Of a stretch of DNA of 64,000 nucleotides, positions 62,076 through 64,000 are shown piece after piece. Each line of letters opens with the position of its first letter. Positions within the stretch are counted from its first letter, which is position 1. The notes under the pieces are model-generated. The model had not been told where the DNA came from and searched no databases. It saw only the letters and a program-made list of their open reading frames with translations. The stretch comes from Lama glama (lineage: Eukaryota), in assembly GCA_028534125.1 (NCBI GenBank), contig CM052825.1, forward strand, positions 372,001-436,000. The letters are read 5' to 3'. The position numbers and the translations under genes are program-made.

Positions 62076-62719
62076 AGGTTTAGGCTTAATCCTAGATGTA
62101 CTTCTAGGGGATCTTCATTCCCCTCAATCCACCCCCACCCGCCCAGGCAGCGCTGAAAACACACAGCCTTCGCTCCTCTCTCTGCCACTTCTCCGGTCCA
62201 ACACCCACCCCGCTTATGAAGTGACGTCTGTAAAATTTATCCCACGGATGAGACTTCCTCAAGCTCACCTCGACACGGCCCACGGGCTGTGAGTGTAAAA
62301 GCGAAGAAAAGCAATGGTTGCACATCCACACAGACAGCGAGCTAACGAGCTAACGTTGCATTAGCCCCCTGCCGTGGCCGTTAATGAACATGCTTTCATT
62401 AAAACGGCCCTTGCAACTGTTTTGTTTGCTTGCTTGCTTGCAGCGGTGGGAGTCTTTTTCCGACGGCGCAGCGTGACTCGCTGGAAGGAACAGGTTTTAA
62501 GAAACGGCTCGATTTGGACTCTTTTGCCTCCTCCCAGACCGCACCCGCCCTCTGACCTGTTGGAGCCGTTTCCTCTTTTGTAAAGTAGCATAATAATAGT
62601 TTCTTTATCTACCTGGCAGGACAGTTATGAAACTCGGTAAGGAAGTAAAGGGCAGGGCTCAGACACTTCAAAACCCCACACAAGAGCGGCCTGTGGTTAC
62701 CTGTGTGGTTCGTGGGTGG

Positions 62720-63910
62720 AGGAGCCTGCGGGCCAGGAAGGCGCAGGTGTAACCGACAGGCTCCGGGGCGGCCGCAGGACCGGCGACAGCGGACGCGGGG
62801 GGCGCCCGGGCCTGCTCTGCCAGCGCGGGAGGGGCGCACCTGCGGCCCAGCGCGCACACCTGGGACGTGGGCGGCGCTCGGACCGCACAGGTACGGGGGT
62901 AAGGTGGGAGCGGACAGGGGCGGTGCAGGGACGGTGGAGACCGGGAGGTTGGCCACGAGGCCGGACCGGCGCGGGGTGGCCTGGCTGCTGCCGGCGAGTC
63001 GTGGGGGGGGTCTTTCTCTAGACGAGGACCCTCGGCGAGACGCGAGTCCCCTCCGCCCCAGGCCTTCCTTCCCGCCCTCCTGCCCCGCCCCCTCCCGCCG
63101 CGCACCGCCTCGGAGTCCCGCCCACTTCTCCCGCCCCGCGGCTCGGCTTCAGTTCGCGATTGGCTGGGCCCCTACGTAGGCCGCCTTCGCATTGGCCGAG
63201 GAGTTTCAAGTGGCGCGCTCAGAATTGGTGGACGTCCGCGTTGCTCCCGCCCCCGGCCCCAGACGCGGCGCACGATTGGCTGGCGGAGGCACGGTTTCTC
63301 GGGCCTGGGCGGCGCGGACGAGGCCTGGGGCAGCGGTGGCGGCGGCGGCGGCGGCGGCGCGAGGCAGGTGAGCTCCTGCCGCGGGTCGGGGCGAGGGTCG
63401 CGGTGAGGCGGGGCCGGGGCCTGGGCGACCCTCACAGCCGGCGGGGCAGGGACCGGCCGAGCCGCGGGCTCCTCCCGGGCCGCCAACGGTCGCGGCGGCT
63501 CCTCGGCCCCCGGCCCCCCGCCCCCGCTCCCCCTCCTCAGCCCGGCGTCCCCGCTCCGGCGCCGGCGGGCCCTCCCCCCCAGCCCCCCCCACCCCTCCCC
63601 ACCCCTCTTCAGCGCCCGAAGCCCCCGGCGCGGCCCCCCGCCCCCGGCCGCACGGCCCCAGGACGGCGCTGTCCCGCCCGCGAGGGCGCGGCTCGCGTGC
63701 CCGGGGTCGCGGGCGGCGGTGGGGGTCGCGGGCTGGGCCCGCAGACGTCACGGTGGCGGTGCGCGCCCCTCCGACCCCGCCGTCCTCGCGAGTGGAGGCC
63801 GCCGACGCCGCGGCCGGGCCTGCCGCCCCGAGCCCTCGCGGGCTCCCGGCGCAGCCTGTCCCCTCGCCCCGCGTCCGAGCTCCGAGGCGGGCGCGGGCCT
63901 GGTCGTTGGC
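62720..63910 (+). promoter_or_regulatory. SUN1: CpG-island promoter, probably SUN1
   Basis: Dense CpG, GC boxes and four ATTGG (63159, 63191, 63224, 63275). The gene identity rests only on PRKAR1B-DNAAF5-SUN1 synteny; no coding sequence is in the window. Confidence 0.7.
63285..63367 (+). other. SUN1: Non-coding first exon, probably SUN1
   Basis: Contains a (GGC)n run and no ATG, and ends at a strong donor CAG|GTGAGC (63367/63368). The TSS is approximate. Confidence 0.6.
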
Positions 63911-64000
63911 GTGCTTTTCGTTGGGCACTTCATAGCTGCTCCAAGTCTGCAAACTCGGACGGTTCGGGGGTTGGTTCTGGGGAATTTTCTGTTTATTTTC

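Noticed and set aside
63206-63952. 248-aa minus-strand ORF at the right-hand CpG island
   Set aside because: Low-complexity GC-island artefact antisense to a non-coding first exon and intron.

Overview
Mammalian genomic DNA, GC-rich and of subtelomeric character. It is syntenic with human 7p22.3, and the tRNA-derived SINEs suggest a camelid (inference). Left: the 5' end of PRKAR1B on the minus strand (first coding exon 3652-3828, proximal CpG-island promoter ~4.3-4.8 kb). Middle: the complete 13-exon DNAAF5/HEATR2 gene on the plus strand (CDS 15544-39799; exon lengths sum to 2592 nt = 863 aa, all introns GT-AG and in phase). It starts in a CpG island shared head-to-head with a probable distal PRKAR1B promoter. 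Right: a ~22 kb repeat-rich intergenic region (L1, ERV LTRs, MER elements, SINEs) and a CpG-island promoter with a non-coding first exon, assigned to SUN1 by synteny. No prokaryotic systems are present, and most ORF-track entries are GC-rich noise. The best candidates for something undescribed are: (1) an orphan CpG island at 44.7-46.2 kb with promoter motifs, a tandemly duplicated GTAAGT splice donor and an adjacent solo ERV1 LTR pointing into it; (2) an antisense splice donor inside DNAAF5 coding exon 1; (3) a 31-bp minisatellite with higher-order structure and ZIC-like sites in PRKAR1B intron 2; (4) a short templated insertion inside a Tigger1 fossil. Repeat names and boundaries come from recalled consensus sequences and are approximate.
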